From Leidyana gryllorum EB-2025a (Eukaryota > Protista > Apicomplexa): DNA of 64,000 bases. Positions within the stretch are counted from its first letter, which is position 1. Each line of letters opens with the position of its first letter. The notes below the pieces were generated by a model. It ran no database searches and was not told where the DNA came from. It saw only the letters and a program-made list of their open reading frames with translations. The stretch spans positions 310,001-374,000 of the forward strand of contig JBLWGC010000213.1 of the NCBI GenBank assembly GCA_048772705.1, given 5' to 3'. Positions 45,200 through 59,047 of the stretch are shown piece by piece. A program made the translations under genes and the position numbers.

Positions 45200-48100
45200 C
45201 TACCGCGGTGCTGTCCAAGGAGGCGGCATCCGAGTACCCTCTTTCGGGGGGAACGGGTCGTTCTGCTGCCACGGGGGTGCCCCCGCTGTCGGGAAAGCTT
45301 CTCCAACTCTGTATCCTTCGTTCATGGAGTACTCGGGAGACTGCTGCCAGGCCGGGTTTGGGGCCTTCGTGCCGTAGTGCATTGGAGGGGGCAGGTGTTC
45401 CCGATTCATATCTGAAGGAGGTCCTCCGTACTGCATATATGGCCCTCGATCTCGAGGGGGGTTGCTGCCGTACAACGGGGCACCGCTCCCCGGTTTGTCT
45501 AAATATGCTTTGTCACCAAACACTTTGTCTTCGGGGTAAACCTTCTCCGGAGGTCCAGCAGGAGGTCCATATGACCTTCGTTGGTCGTAAGGGCCTCCAT
45601 CGACAGAGACTGGCGATCCGAGTCCTTGGTTGATGGGTTGGCCTTGTTTCGGAGTGGGCATCGACATGCCCACTTGACCGCCTTGCATCGGGGGGCGTTG
45701 ACGGGGGCCAGAGGACGGCATCCCGGGAGTTCGCATTCCCATTTGACTGTGCATAACGCCGCTTTGTGGATTGTAGGGACTCGTTTGCATTGGCGGTGAT
45801 TGCAGATTGTCCATCGGATACGGTCCCTGATACAGAGGTGCGGGGGCCGCTCCCCTCTCAGGAGTGAGTGGTCGTGTGTACCTGTCGTGGCCTGGCGGCT
45901 GATTGAAGGCAGCACCAGCCGACGACGGCGCAGGAAGCATATGATGAGGTTGTTGGTACGGTTGTGCCAGAGAAGGAGGATGAGACTGCTCGTGGGCTGC
46001 TGGGAGAGGCTGCTGGGGATGGGGTTGAGATTGAGGATGGGGAATCTGGTGGGGCTGAGGGTGGGCAGAGGGTTGTTGAGGCTGTGGAGGGATCGATGGA
46101 TGTTGATGGGGTTGCGGATGAGGCTGTTGCGACATTCCTTGTTGCTGCGGCATATATCTCTGTGACCCGGACCGCACATTCGGGGGAGCACCATACTGTC
46201 CCGGAGGGGGGTGTGAGAGGAGGGGCGGTGCGTATTTCCCGTTGCCGTTCCCCATATATGCACTCGGCACATCGTACACCCCAGGAGGAGGTGGTCCCCC
46301 ATAAGACGTGTTATTCGGCTGTGTGGGCGGCCTCATGTCCATCTGCATTGGGTGCCGAAGGTCCATGTTGTTCATTCTCATATCCATCGCAGGAGGAGCC
46401 CGAGAACCGGACGACTGAGGATGATAGGGAGGACCTGAAGGATTGGGTGGCGCCGTTTGGTCGGTGGGGTTCGGGCGGATCGGGGGCGGTCCGTAGGGCG
46501 GCGGCTTATTGTCGTCCCCAAAGTGTTCCCGATAATTAGCCTCGGGGGGCATCATGTTGTTAAAGCCGGTAGATGGTCTCGAGTTCGGCGTGTTTGTAGC
46601 GTATTCCCCGTCACCCATTGGAGTGAAGTCGTTGAAAGACGGTGCCACGGGCGGTCTTCGATAATTCACGTCCCATTTAGCAGACTGCGGAGCATTGTTC
46701 CACGTTGAAGGGTCTGCAGGAGGTGGAGCATTTTGCGGAGTGCTCCCCTGCTGCGCGTAGTTTATTGGCTCCGCAGCCCCTCCAGGTGGTGGCTGTTCCG
46801 TATTCTGTGTCTGCCAGTTGTTGAGACCCCAATCTCCCACGTGCACCGGCTCTTTCCATTGCTGCGGAGTTGCCGACGCCGGTCGTGGCACTTCAGCAGC
46901 AACTTGTCCCCAGTCTTCCCATTGACTTATATGTGCAGGACGAGCAGTTGCACTGGCGGGTGCTTCCACCATTGGGGGACGCGCCGGGGGGGCATTAACG
47001 GGCGGCCATGCAGTTTGACCCCATTCCGCCGTGGATGGTGGGGGCACCGCCGTCTCGGGTCTCTCTGGCACGACATTGGGCACAACCGTTTGCGGCACTG
47101 GAGGTGGCTGGGGGGCGTTGGGGGTGAGGAGAGTGGATGGGGTCGAGGACTGGTCTGTCCATGAACGATTCGCCGCGGCTTTCTTGTTGTTGGGAGTTCG
47201 GGATGTGTTTGGAGGTTTGGGCAGTATGGTCGGTTTGGCCGTGGAGGTGCGCAACAACTGATGCATCTCTTCCATCGGGATAAAGAGCTTCCGCAATTGC
47301 TGCCAGAAGTTGATTTTGAGGGGTTGTTGATTCGAGTCTTCCCGTTTCTCGACCGACAGAAGGAACGACAATTCTGGTTTACCGATTTGGATCACCATTG
47401 GTGTCCGGAATGGTTCCGCATTCGGTCCATACCTCCCCAACCGCGCCGGCAATATGGGCGCTTTTATTGATCTCAGAGCGTCAACCTCTGCGTTCAACTC
47501 GTTCAACAAGCTTTGCCGAGTATTGACATCCAGAGACACCAGGATTACAATGGACATGGCATGGAATACCAAGACTCCCCACCCTTCGCGCTCCAAGTAG
47601 CCAAAGTGGCCACTGCTGCCATTCATACTCTCCAAAGCAGCAACGAGGTCTCTGAACGCTGTCAAACTCACCCATCCCGTAATCCTGACGACGGGTCGAG
47701 CGAGATGGAGGAGACCGATCTGGCGTTCCAAAGCGGACATATCCTGGACCTGTGGAACAGACCTGGATGCCCCGGCCAGCCCTCCGGAGGTTCTCAAGAG
47801 AATACTCCTGAATAAAACCTCGTGCCGCCCGTCGGCAAAATTGAGATTGGTGGCTTGCGATGGGACTGGGGTGAGGGCTATTGCAGCTGTGGCCGTCTCT
47901 TCGTCGTCAGGCAGGCAGCCTTCTTCCATTTCACCCTCTTCGCTCTCTCGGGACGGATGTGAGCACGGCTCTGAGAGCGGAGAGCCCACGATTTCTTCGC
48001 TCTCTGCCAAAGTCTTGAGCCATTTGTCCACACCAGACCACAGAGGGGGCTCCATCAGGAGCTGCTGAGCCGAGACTGGAGGCATCAGAGACCTCTCGAG

Positions 48101-49932
48101 CACTTGTTTCGAGATCAGTTCGGCAAAGTGCTTCTTCGGCTCCGTCGGAGTGACACTGGGGAAGACTCCTAAGAGGGCCGCACCCTGATTGGCACCAACT
48201 CGCAATGGATCTCGGAGCCACATAGAACCTGCACTGGTTGGTGCGGGTGGGGCCGCGGAAATACGTTGAGCTCTCCAGTGAGCGACATCGATTTTGACAT
48301 TCTCAAAGTTCCGCGGACAGAAGACAGGAATACCCATTTTGGCTGCGACTTCTTTGCCCAAAGTGAAGACCCCTTCTTTGTCTCCATGAACCATCATGAG
48401 AGCGACCGGGTCGACCTGTGGAGAGTGAGAGAAAGGAAAAGGGAAATGAAAAGCCCTCACCTCTTCAATGATGCGACGGAGACCAAAATAACCGGCGTGG
48501 TTGGCGAAGGGGAAGTATCTAACTTTGCACGCTATTGTCAAAGTATTGCCCCGAGCATTGACTTGGACAGATTTGGCACCGACCACCAATTTGTTTCCGA
48601 TGGTTCCGGGCACACAGGAGCCCGTCATAACGACCAAATTCTTTGGCGATGCTGCCCACTCTTTCAACGCTTGCAAACTTAGACCACCAGTCAACATGGC
48701 CGGGGCCGCGAAGAGGACTCCCGGGGCCGGAGACTTGAGAAAGTCCTTCTCGCTGTCAACATGTTTGATCTCGGATGCCAGACGATACATTGCCCGCACC
48801 CTCTCAGTCATGCCATCCAACTCGCCCTCGACGTTGACTGATTCTGCTCGCAGACTGGCAGGTTGATCCTCCGGAAGATCAGGGGCACTTCGGGACCACC
48901 CGATGTACTGTTTGTACTGTGCATTGACTTTCTCGGTCATAACACCTCCAATGAGCAACGGATAAGAGTCCTGTCGTGAAGAACATACAGTGTCCTGCGT
49001 GGGGTGGAGATTGAAGCACTCACCTTGCACTCCCGGAGAAACTCGATAAGACAAGTTGCAATCTCTTGAGCTTTCCCGACAGCGAAACAGGGGACGAGAA
49101 CTTTGCCGCCGGCTCTGAGAGTGGCCAAAATCACCCGACACATCTCACGTTCGACGGTGTTTCGATTATCCTTGACGTGGATAGCGTAGGTCCCCTCGCT
49201 GATCAGCACATCGGGACGATTTATGGGAGGAAAGGCGGCTCGCGATATCAGTCGGTCGGTATTGGTGTTGAAATCTCCCGTGTAGAGGGCCGACAATCCT
49301 GCATAGCGAACCTCGAAGGCCAGAGCGCCCAAGACGTGGCCAGCCAGGTGAGCCTTGATCTCAATCGCAGCCGAAGAGGCTTCCACGAAACCGAGAGGAG
49401 ACTGACGGGCCGAATAGGGTGTTACATACAAGCTTTGACCGAGATTGATAGGCTTGATTTTCTCTAAGCTGGTGAATGCTTCGTTCGCTGTACATGCGTA
49501 GAGATGTTGCTTCTGAGTTCCCGCTCCTCCATTCTCAGGTGGAGACTGGAAGAAGTCACCACTCCGTAGAAAATCGGCCAAAAGCAGAGCCCCAAGTCCT
49601 TTTGTAGGTGGGGACCCTATGATGGGACCTTTATATCCTAGGCGCTCCGTTAAATAAGGCAGGGCTCCTAGATGGTCAAGATGGATGTGTGTGATGAGCA
49701 CAGCATCAATTGTCTCCGTTAGTTTCCGCCCCACGACCTCATTTGGGGTCTCGGGCGCCAGCTTGAGGTACTTCCGGAAGTCTGGGTACCGACTGTTGGG
49801 TTGCTTATGCGCTACATGAACTCCACAGTCTAACATCACTCTGGCCTGGAGCTCCGCACGCTGAAAGGTCAGAATGACACAGCTCCTGCCTATCTCACGG
49901 CCAGCCCCCAGTACATCGACGTCTATCAGCAT
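45200..49932 (-). CDS. INTS11: Integrator subunit 11 / CPSF3L-like beta-CASP nuclease with a long Pro/Gln-rich extension
   Basis: LGAGREIGRSC, MLDCG, THIHLDHLGALPY, AGHVLGA, YTGDFN..DR, EGTYA, GGKVLVP, YKQYIGW, FANHAG, MVHGD. Confidence 0.8.
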
Positions 49933-49978
49933 ACTGCCCCCCCCACTGTCGAAGAAGACAAAAAATAAAAGCTCTTGA

Positions 49979-50694
49979 ATGGCCCTGGTTTCGATAGCGC
50001 GCCAAATAGTCGGCAATGTGCATTTCACCCATATCTCATTACACCCAGTGAGGCTCAAGAATCGAGTGAAATGGCCTGACAACCCATTTTCCAGCTGATT
50101 CCTGCATTTACGATAGTGCGTGGCCCAAACTGGATCCTCGCTCATGTGACCCTAGTACTGTCTGCGGGGGGAATATACGGTGAGAGAGTGTTGTCCCATC
50201 GCACCCCCGTTCAATACACCGAAGCCGCATCTTATCTTACTCGCCATCGGGACACCCCGGCTAGAGTGCTGGCCGTCTTAACTGCCATTGTACAATTGGG
50301 CCTAACAGGTCTCATGCTCGTCTCGGATCCTGGTGTAGTCATGTGAGAGCCGGCCACCTTCTTTGCTTACAGCCAGTTTCAGTCCCTCCGACCCCGAAAA
50401 GCATCCAGACATCGAGTGCCTCGGCTTTTGTTCGATCTGTGGAGCCGCCTGTGTCGACTGGCGGACAGTCCATTGTGAGGACTGTGATGTCTGTATCGAG
50501 AGATGGCATCACGTGAGTAGGGGGCGAAGGGGGAGCGTTGATTCATTTTTCTCCTCGTGCAGCACTGCCCATGGACGAGTAAATGTGTTGGGGGCAGGAA
50601 CATAATCACATTCGGACTTTGGATACTCTCCATCATAGGTTGTATTTTCGTAGTCGGCCTTCTCAGTGCAGATCCCATTGCCGTGGCGCGTTAG
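49979..50694 (+). CDS. DHHC-family palmitoyltransferase (HHHC variant)
   Basis: GPNW, SDPG, CSIC..RTVHCEDCDVCIERWHH|HCPWTSKCVGGRN across an intron. Confidence 0.85.
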
Positions 50695-50844
50695 AGGTGT
50701 CGAATCGGCACCCGTTCAGATTGCATATTGATGAGTGGCATCATTCATCGCAAATAGTCAGTAGCTTGAGATCAGGGGGTCGACAAGGGTACCTGAAGCC
50801 GGCCTAATGGAGGAGGACTAGCAAAAAATTGCATCCCCAATCCG

Positions 50845-52348
50845 ATGTCTGGGGACTCGGAGGAGGCACAGAAGTGCTTTCAAGTGGCCAAGAGGGCCCT
50901 AGAGCTGGGAGACGCGCAGAAGGTGAGCGATGTATGGCAGAAGAATTGCATTATCGAGCTTGTCAGGCCACACGGTTCCTCGAGAAGAGCTTGCGAATAT
51001 GCCAAACTCCCGAAGCTGCTACTCTTCTAGCACAAATAAGCACAGGAAACCGTCCCACGTCCAGTAGTACGAGTGCTGAGTCTTTGAACCAGCAGCGCAG
51101 CGCGCCCGGAGAAAAGACCGGAGAAACCCATGCTGCTCCTGCCGAGGAACCTAAGAAGCCAGCGTTCACGCAAGCTCAGGTGAACATGGTGAAGAAAGTG
51201 CTTGAAGCCACAGACTTATATAAAACCTTGGATGTTACAAAAGAGGCCAATGAAGATCAGATCAAGAAAGCCTATCGAAAGGTCAGACAAACCTGCGCGT
51301 GCTGCTCAATCAATCTACCCTGCAGTTAGCCTTGCAGCTTCACCCCGATAAATGCGGGGCTCCCAACGCTGAAGAAGCATTCAAGAAGTTATCACGAGCC
51401 TGTCAGACCCTTTCAGACCCAGTGAAGCGCCAGAAATACGACGTTAGCGGTGATGATGGCTCATCGAGCCGACCTTCGTCTCAAGGTCACGCCCATTACG
51501 ACGAAGATTTTATTAGTCCCGAGGATCTCTTCCGAATGTTCTTCGGTGGAGGGTTCGGAGGTGGAGCGACCATCTACCGGACCGTCAATGGCCGCACAAC
51601 GGTCCATAGAGCGGGCGGAGGTGCTCAGGCCCGCAACAATATGACAGAGTGAGTAATCAAAATGCCACCCGTATCTGCATAAATACACTCGTTCCCCCAG
51701 AGGTCAGAAGTTGTTGGCTGCCCTATTGCAAATGTGGCCCGTGATACTCCTCGTTGGATATCTCCTTTTATATGGATCCGAGATGCTCACACCCACAGTG
51801 AGAAACGCGATTCCCTGAGCGTTGGCCTTTAATCTCGTCCTTCTTCCATCAGAGACCTGACTTCCGCCTCACCCGGTCGAATGCCACTCCTTTCCGGAGG
51901 AAGACCGCTGATCGGGGAGTCAACTACTTTGTTTCGAAACAATTCGATACAAAGTTCCCTTCACAGTCCGTCGACCGAGCCGACGTGAGTATCTACGTGT
52001 TCCAAACCCATATCATCCACCATATTTATGCTGCCAGGCCGAAGCAGAGGTGGAGTTTGCCCACTTTTATAGTGAATGTTTTCGAGCAACTGAAGATCTC
52101 AGACGCGAGGTCGATTTCTATCGATCTATAAACATCCGCAGCAAAGCCCGAGCCAAACTGGAGGAACTGCAAAAGCGGGAGCAAAGTGATGTCAATTGTC
52201 GGGAGATGAGGTACATCGAGGTAATTGCACGGATGACATCTTGCCATCGAAAGCTAACTATGTCTTCGTATAGGAACATGCCCCTCAAGCGGCAACACGA
52301 GTGCGCACAGGGAGATCGCAAGTTGCCAGGAATGACCGTATTTGGTGA
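50845..52348 (+). CDS. DNAJB12: DNAJB12/14-type ER membrane J protein
   Basis: [56 protein letters not shown], TM segment and a DUF1977-like C-terminus. Confidence 0.88.
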
Positions 52349-52351
52349 TGC

Positions 52352-54845
52352 TCAATTCGGGCAGTCGCGGCACCACCATTCAAATTCCCCAGATGTGCAA
52401 GCAGCAGAGAGAGCACAAGAGTGCGCACACACGTGTGCTGCGACCAAGGACTGGGGATTGGGGAGCCGTGCTTGAACTGCTGCCGGTAGAATAGAATTGA
52501 ATACTGTAGACACGATTGAGCGAGGCAGGCGCTTCGTATCCGAGGTTGAGTCATTCTCATCGGCCAAGCCGTCAGCCAATTCCTCAAGGGGCTTTGTAAC
52601 ATTGGCGTAGTTGACATTTAGCTGAACAAGGAAGATTTAATGGACCTCCTCCGTGCACGGTACTTACAAAGAGGACACCGGGATGTTCTACAAAGTAATC
52701 ACGGCCATAGCCCGCGTATCCCAGGTGACCACGTCCGCATCGAGGGTATCCGTAGAGGCCATTACCTTGGTGGCAGGGCACGTAGGTAAGGGGGTCATTG
52801 ACATCGAGGATGGCACGTGCGTTGATTCTTCTTCGGTATAGGAAGCGTGTGCGAGCATCCAATTGTTTCAATGGGGCGAAGAGGACGTTGTGGATCTTGA
52901 GAGGGCACTTGGGGATCTCATTAGCCTCAGGCACTCGTTGGCCCACAACATCCCACCTGTGAAAGTCGAACCATTTTGAGACTCTAACACTGAGTTGCTG
53001 TGCGAGTCCGCCTCCCAAACTGTGGCCGTAGAAGGTAAATTCTGATGTGGCACAGGTACAGTTGTTTTGGGCTGAATGTTTCTCCAAGAAGAGTCGCAAA
53101 GGTGGCAGTAGACCAGAAAGTAGATCTTGTACTCCGCGGTGGAGAACATTACTGTTCGCATCTGCGGAGGCCCAATAGTTGAAGTCGAGCACCCACTCGT
53201 GGAAGCTGGTTGTGCCACGGCAGCCAATGGCCAGATGACACGGGTTCTTAGGATCTTGTGAAATGAAGACCGTGGGGACTTGGATTGTGGCCAAATCGGT
53301 AGCCCTCTTATCGGGACCTGTGAGGAGAAAGAAGACATCATTGGTGACATTGCTCAGATATTTTCCCCAATACGAGGCAAGAAGCACAACAAAAGGCATC
53401 GAATTACGTCTCACTCTCGCGGAGCCACTGTGCCACCACCCTCACAATGGCCCTGATGTCAGTGGACCGTGCTGGGGCAATCCCAGCGAAATGAGCGAAA
53501 ACTTCTTGAACGTCTGTAATTGCTCTCCACGTGCGGAAGGGGTCCCGGAGCAGCGCTCGGAGATCAGCCACTGCGACAGCAGCCGCTCGTTGAGTGGAGT
53601 CATCCCAAATCGCTCCAATAACTTGCTGTACGCGCATCGCCCCTTCTTCACCAATGCTCTTCACCAGCCACTTTGTTATCCAGGAGGGCAGTGCCATTGT
53701 GGCGGGCTTTCCGGATGGTTCTGCATCAGTGGCTCCTCTCTCAAGTGCGACAGTGTGGGAAAGTAGAATAGATATTGAGGGGGTGGGGTCACTCAAAGGG
53801 GGGCACTCAGTTTGTCATCGGGACTCACTCACCATCGACTGGTTCCGCCACAGCGAAGACTTGGAGAGTCTTCCATCCCGGAATGAGTTCCACATTCTCG
53901 AACAGATTGGCATTGGGGCACGATGGCGACCACCCTTGGGACTGTGCAGCATAAATGATTTGATTCGCACGATAGAGTATCAGATAGGTTAGCATTTCGG
54001 CGTCTCTGACGTCTGCGGGAATATAGTCTGGGATCACGCCGTGAAATCGATCTAAGGCATCGATCAATGGAACCTGAAGGGTCAAGTTGGGATCATTCCA
54101 TTCGAATGCTCTCTCATCCACTTGACCGAGTCGCCGTTGTAGCGAATTGGGGATTGCAGCGCAGGGTTTGTTGGGAAAGCCTCTCAGGGGGACCACCCTG
54201 TCAAGGGGCTCGCAAGCCTACACTCAACGTGATGCAAAGGGGTCTGTTGTTGTCCGTGGGTACCTCTTTGACTACGAAGCGAGCCGCTCCGCACGCAACA
54301 CCGGATTGGATAGCGTCAATGATGGCACAGGAGAAGGGAGTGCGGTGTTTGAACACTTTGATTTCGTGTTCAAGGTCGAAGAATCGGCAAACATTGTCGG
54401 TGAAGGTCCTGAGTTTCAGTCCCACATCACCATCATCCGGAAGGTTCAACATATCCTTAAATACTGGAAGCAGACGAGTCAATGCTATCAAATTGTTCAT
54501 ATCGGGATCTGCGGGCTTTCCCGCGATCCGATTGGGAACACTGACCAGCCGTTGCCCGAAGTTTGCAGCCAAATCGGGGAGTGCGTGGGCCAAGTCGTCA
54601 ATGAGACTGGCATTCCCAATGTATGCATCTCGCAAATGCTGTGCTCCGGTGACGGACAGTTTCTCTTGGAATAGACGTGTTATTGTATTCTGAAGAGCAC
54701 CAGCCACACCGTCCTTGCACCAGTCGACCACATCAGTCTGTCCAATCCGCCGTGGTATCGCCACCCCCAAGGTATCTCGGCGGGCATAGGATAGAGCCCA
54801 GATGATGCAAGGGAACGTATAGATGAGAAAGAGATGGAGCATCAT
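52352..54845 (-). CDS. Secreted class 3 lipase
   Basis: Signal peptide; CRGTTSFHEWVLDF, LHRG, FYGHSLGGGLA, NDPLTYVP; several short introns. Confidence 0.88.
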
Positions 54846-54857
54846 GCTCAATTTTCA

Positions 54858-57800
54858 ATGTCCACTGTTTCCCTTCTAAAGACTTTGGATTGCCTGCGTC
54901 CCCAACGAAAAGCAACACACCCCAAATGTGAAACCTTGAGCCGCTTGCGGACCAATCTGGCTTCTCTCCACGTCTATTACGACTACAAATGGGCCGGTTT
55001 CCGAGCGAATACTAACCAACTAGGCGACACCGACGGTAAGCAGACGCCGGCTTCAATCTTCCATTTAGTGTTTACTGCACACACACAGGAGGCGACATAT
55101 ATCCGGTCGAGTTCCCGTACTGTGTGAAAGTGGATTATGAACGTGAACTATTCCGGTTCCACACCAGATGGCAGGGATGGCACGCAAAATATGACACCTG
55201 GGGTGAGCGAACCAGCTGCCCCTGTAGCTAAATTCATTCTACCTTTCTTCTCTGCCTCTCAGAGCCCAAAGCTAACTTCGTGAGTAGTGTACGGTCTCAA
55301 GCCGCATGATCACAGTTGTAGCAAGCGGTGGCGACCGACGATCGCGTTGGCGGGTTTCATGCTATGCTGGAGACTCTGGAAGTGAGCTACGCACCCGTTG
55401 GTCGTCACTTCGCTACCGTTGAGACAGTGTCAATTCTTCTTGATCTACGGTTACTTGGGATATGTCGAGGAGTGCATCGTCGCCAACGTCCCTGCGGCTG
55501 GTGGGATGCCGCTCAGCTTCCAACGTCAGACTGCTGAGGCGCAGGTCATAGTCGGATCGGGGCCAAACTCTGATGAGGGCGAAACAAAGTCTGACAGTGT
55601 GACCGGGAGCTCCACAACTACTTCACCACCCCAGACCTGGATCGAGCGTTTGATACGAGTGTTACATGGGTACAATCCCGACCTCGTCCTGCGAATGAAG
55701 GCGATATTGGAGACTATTTGTGACATAAAAATCGCTCAGAATGCCTGGACCACCGACCTTCAGACTCTTCTCTACCCCGATAAGCTGGTCCCCTTTGTAA
55801 CAGTGGAGGGAACCCAGGGGAAGGAGAATAAGATACTAAAGTCAGCTGAGAACTGGAGACAGTATAATCGTCAGATGCTCCGAGCTCCGGGGTGGAAAAC
55901 ATACACTTTGATTGACGCCGAAATGGCGTGGCCAGAAGTGAGATTACCGCGGCGGCTCAATCGGCATCTTTGTCGCGACTCCGATGGTGAGCAAACGCGT
56001 TTCCATTGGCAGCCGCTAAGATTTCATGACAGCACTGTGGCTTTGGCGATCCCACTCCGGCCGTATGACTCTCCAGCCGTTCCAGAAACTGCTCAAGTAC
56101 GACTGCTCGGAAGCGCAGTCTACGCTGAGCTGCGTCAGGAGTCTGGGAATCAGAATGCTGGGGTCATTTGTCGGTCCGATTTTGACTGATGCTCCTGAGG
56201 ATCTCGCCAAGCTTTGGGCACCGCCCTGGGCTTTTGAACAGAAACTGCCGGACTTGAGGCTATTTGGCCGACCTCTGTATCCGCCATATTCCACCTCAGG
56301 TGAGCTCAGTCAGTGTCGCCGGCCTCTTGAGTCACAAAATACGTCTCGATTCAGCCTGTCACGTTCCGTATGAGATTGTGGGTGGAACGGTCAGCGAGGG
56401 CGCGAAAGAGATCTGGCTGGTGTCCTTTATGCGTCACTTTGGGAGGAACACCCCGAAGAAGATGTGGTTGAGCGATGCCTTTGTGCGAGCGTGGTATCCC
56501 CACCTGCTGGTGGACTATCAGATTGGGCTCGCCAGCCGTCAGCTATCGTCCAGGGTCCCTCTGCAAACCTTTCTGCTGGTGCCCCGGATAATGACGGAGG
56601 GCAAAACATCCGCACTACGACAGACGCTGGATTGGGCCGCAAAGACGGGACGCGCTGTGGTCATCCGCAACCGGGGAGGTCGTCACCTCAAGAAACGTGA
56701 TTACATAGTGGATTACGAGGCACTGTTAGACGCCAAATGGGATATGCTGTATGTCGCTGGCCCGGCGCAAGAATTTATTGACGCTCTGTTATATCTGTTT
56801 GACCAGGCCCAGGAACTCAGTCTGTACCATCCGCCTGGGATCGACGGGGCTGGAAAGGATTTGCGTTTGGCGGTGGGCGTAGCGTTGACTCGGGATGAAC
56901 GAAACCTATTCTATCAAGGCACCGACGGGATTATGGCCCATCTGGTCGCCGCAGGCTTTCAACCAGCCCCAGGCAGACGGTGGCCCACCTTTTGTTTCCC
57001 GAACTTTGCCGAGGCACAGACGAAGAAGTGGCCCGTTCAGGATGAAGACAACGCGGAGCTCTTCAGTCCCGAGAAGTCGCCTTTTGAGACTGGATTGGGG
57101 TGGCCACTGTTCATAAATGAACTCCCGCGCCACATTGGTCACATTCTGGCCATCCTCTTCGGGGAGGTCGCCAGTCGAATAGCGGAAAAGTCCAATCCTG
57201 AGATCGCGCTGATCCGCTCTCTGAGAGAAGCCATGGACGAAAGATTGGCTATTCGGCGGCACGCAGTCCAAAAGCGGGAGGAACACGGGTTCAAACCACA
57301 CGCGGTACTGATGTATTGGCCCGTCACCAAGGAGGAGATGGCGGATGCCGTTGCATTGGAGATCCACTGGCACCGTACCGGATATCTGCTGCAACGGGCT
57401 GCGGCGAATGCGGCCAAAGAGAATGTCACAGACCCTCCGATACCTTCAGAAGACGAGATGAGGGAAGGGTATCACGTTATGAGAAAGGCCTTTCTCGTCG
57501 CTTTCGGAGCGCCCGCACCACTGATCACCAGTTGTTTCCCCCCACCCGCTGCATCTGTCAGCTCGGTGGGCAACTGGAAGTTCCCGACCGCCCAGACCAA
57601 ACCACTGTGGCACCTGGACGAACGGGTTGCCAAAGAAGCCGACGAGGAGGAGGAAGAGGGGATACTGCAAGACTCCAGCAGCGAGTCCAACGAGGCTGAT
57701 GCCTCACTCTCCAGTAAGGAGTGGTCGTCTTCTGAGGGTCCGGATGATATCCACGTCACATTGTACTTTCAGAAGTGAGCTGTACTAAGAGGCGTCTGCC

Positions 57801-58363
57801 CGACACGCTCACGAGGACTCTGGAGGAGGAAAAGGCGTTGCTGCAGCGCTATACTGAGTACGCTGCCGCGAAAGCTCGGGGTGGCGCTAAAAATGCCCAG
57901 CAGCGGGTGGTCATTGAGTGGATGAGTGACCTGTAGAAATTATTTGTCCCTAAAATGGTGGCTGGGTGAGTGAATCTTCGATTCTGACTAATGACATCAC
58001 ATTTGCAGCTCGCAGAAAGCCATGAAGACGAAAAGACGTCCCAAGCGCGAGAAAGTGAAGGATAACAAAGGGGTGGGGTTTGACAAAGAAGCTGCTGCAG
58101 CTTCTGCAGAGAGTCGAAATCGGGAGTCTTGGCTGCGATGGAGGCTCACCAGGACCAAAAAACTCGATGACTGGGAGACCTCAAAGGATACCGTCGACCA
58201 GGAAGTCCCAATGCTGCCATCCAAACTTGATCTGGCGAGGGCCAGGGCGAGGGATCACCAGAAAGCTGCACTCTCGAAAAAGCAACCGACCACTGCAGCG
58301 AAGCAGCGTAAAGAGAAGACCAAATCGAAGGTTCACAAAAAGGATTTGACTGTGGCTGAATGA
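54858..58363 (+). CDS. Large multi-exon hypothetical protein with a chromo-shadow-like segment
   Basis: ORFs 55398-56189, 56264-57778 and 58022-58363 can be linked by GT..AG introns. PYEIVGGT..IWLVSF..MWLSDAFVRAWYPHLLVDY resembles a chromo shadow domain. Confidence 0.45.
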
Positions 58364-59019
58364 ACATCGCGTGGCGACTGTTATTACTCTCCTGCTTTGC
58401 TGTTGCTGAGTTTGGCGATTACAGTGCAGTGACCCCGACCTGGGTGGAGTGTGGGACCGAAAGCTGCTGTTACGGTGTCAAAGCATGCCGTCACGGCCAG
58501 GCAGCTGAGTGCTTGAAGCAGGTGAAGAAAGGTTGCACCGTCCGCATACGAGAGACTCACACTATCGGTCAAGCCGACTTTTGTGAGGATATTGATTCTC
58601 AGTGGCTCGCGGTGCCATTGCCCTCCCCTTTTATCGGCGGTTTCGGACGGAGTACAATCACTCTGGATAACGCCCACAGCTCGGTGGTCGAGGAATCATA
58701 CAACGAGTGTGAAATCCACGCAGGATACGGACCCCACATACGTCATTGTAGTGAGCTGGAGGAACTCCCTTTGATGTGGCGAACCCATGTGCATGACCTC
58801 ACGGACATAGATATGAGAATGATTGGGTACTATGAGGTGGCGGACGAATTCCGGATTCGACGCCATCCAGAGAGACTCTTAGTCCAGGTTGCCAACGAAC
58901 CCGAGTTACTTACACGAGACAAAAGTGTTCTCTTTCTGCGCACATTTGGAGACGATTGTTGGTTCAATACAACATTGATGAGAGCCGAGTATGAGGTTCT
59001 GCGAACACTGACTGCGTAG
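58360..59019 (+). CDS. Secreted Cys-rich hypothetical protein
   Basis: Signal peptide MNIAWRLLLLSCFAVA; intronless 219-aa ORF. Confidence 0.7.
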   Translation: MNIAWRLLLLSCFAVAEFGDYSAVTPTWVECGTESCCYGVKACRHGQAAECLKQVKKGCTVRIRETHTIGQADFCEDIDSQWLAVPLPSPFIGGFGRSTITLDNAHSSVVEESYNECEIHAGYGPHIRHCSELEELPLMWRTHVHDLTDIDMRMIGYYEVADEFRIRRHPERLLVQVANEPELLTRDKSVLFLRTFGDDCWFNTTLMRAEYEVLRTLTA

Positions 59020-59047
59020 TTAGGCGATTTTCTGCTCATAAAAAGTG

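Noticed and set aside
49933-50145. N-terminal extension of the INTS11 ORF to 50145
   Set aside because: Homology begins at MLIDVDVLGAG (49932); the extension is antisense to the DHHC gene.
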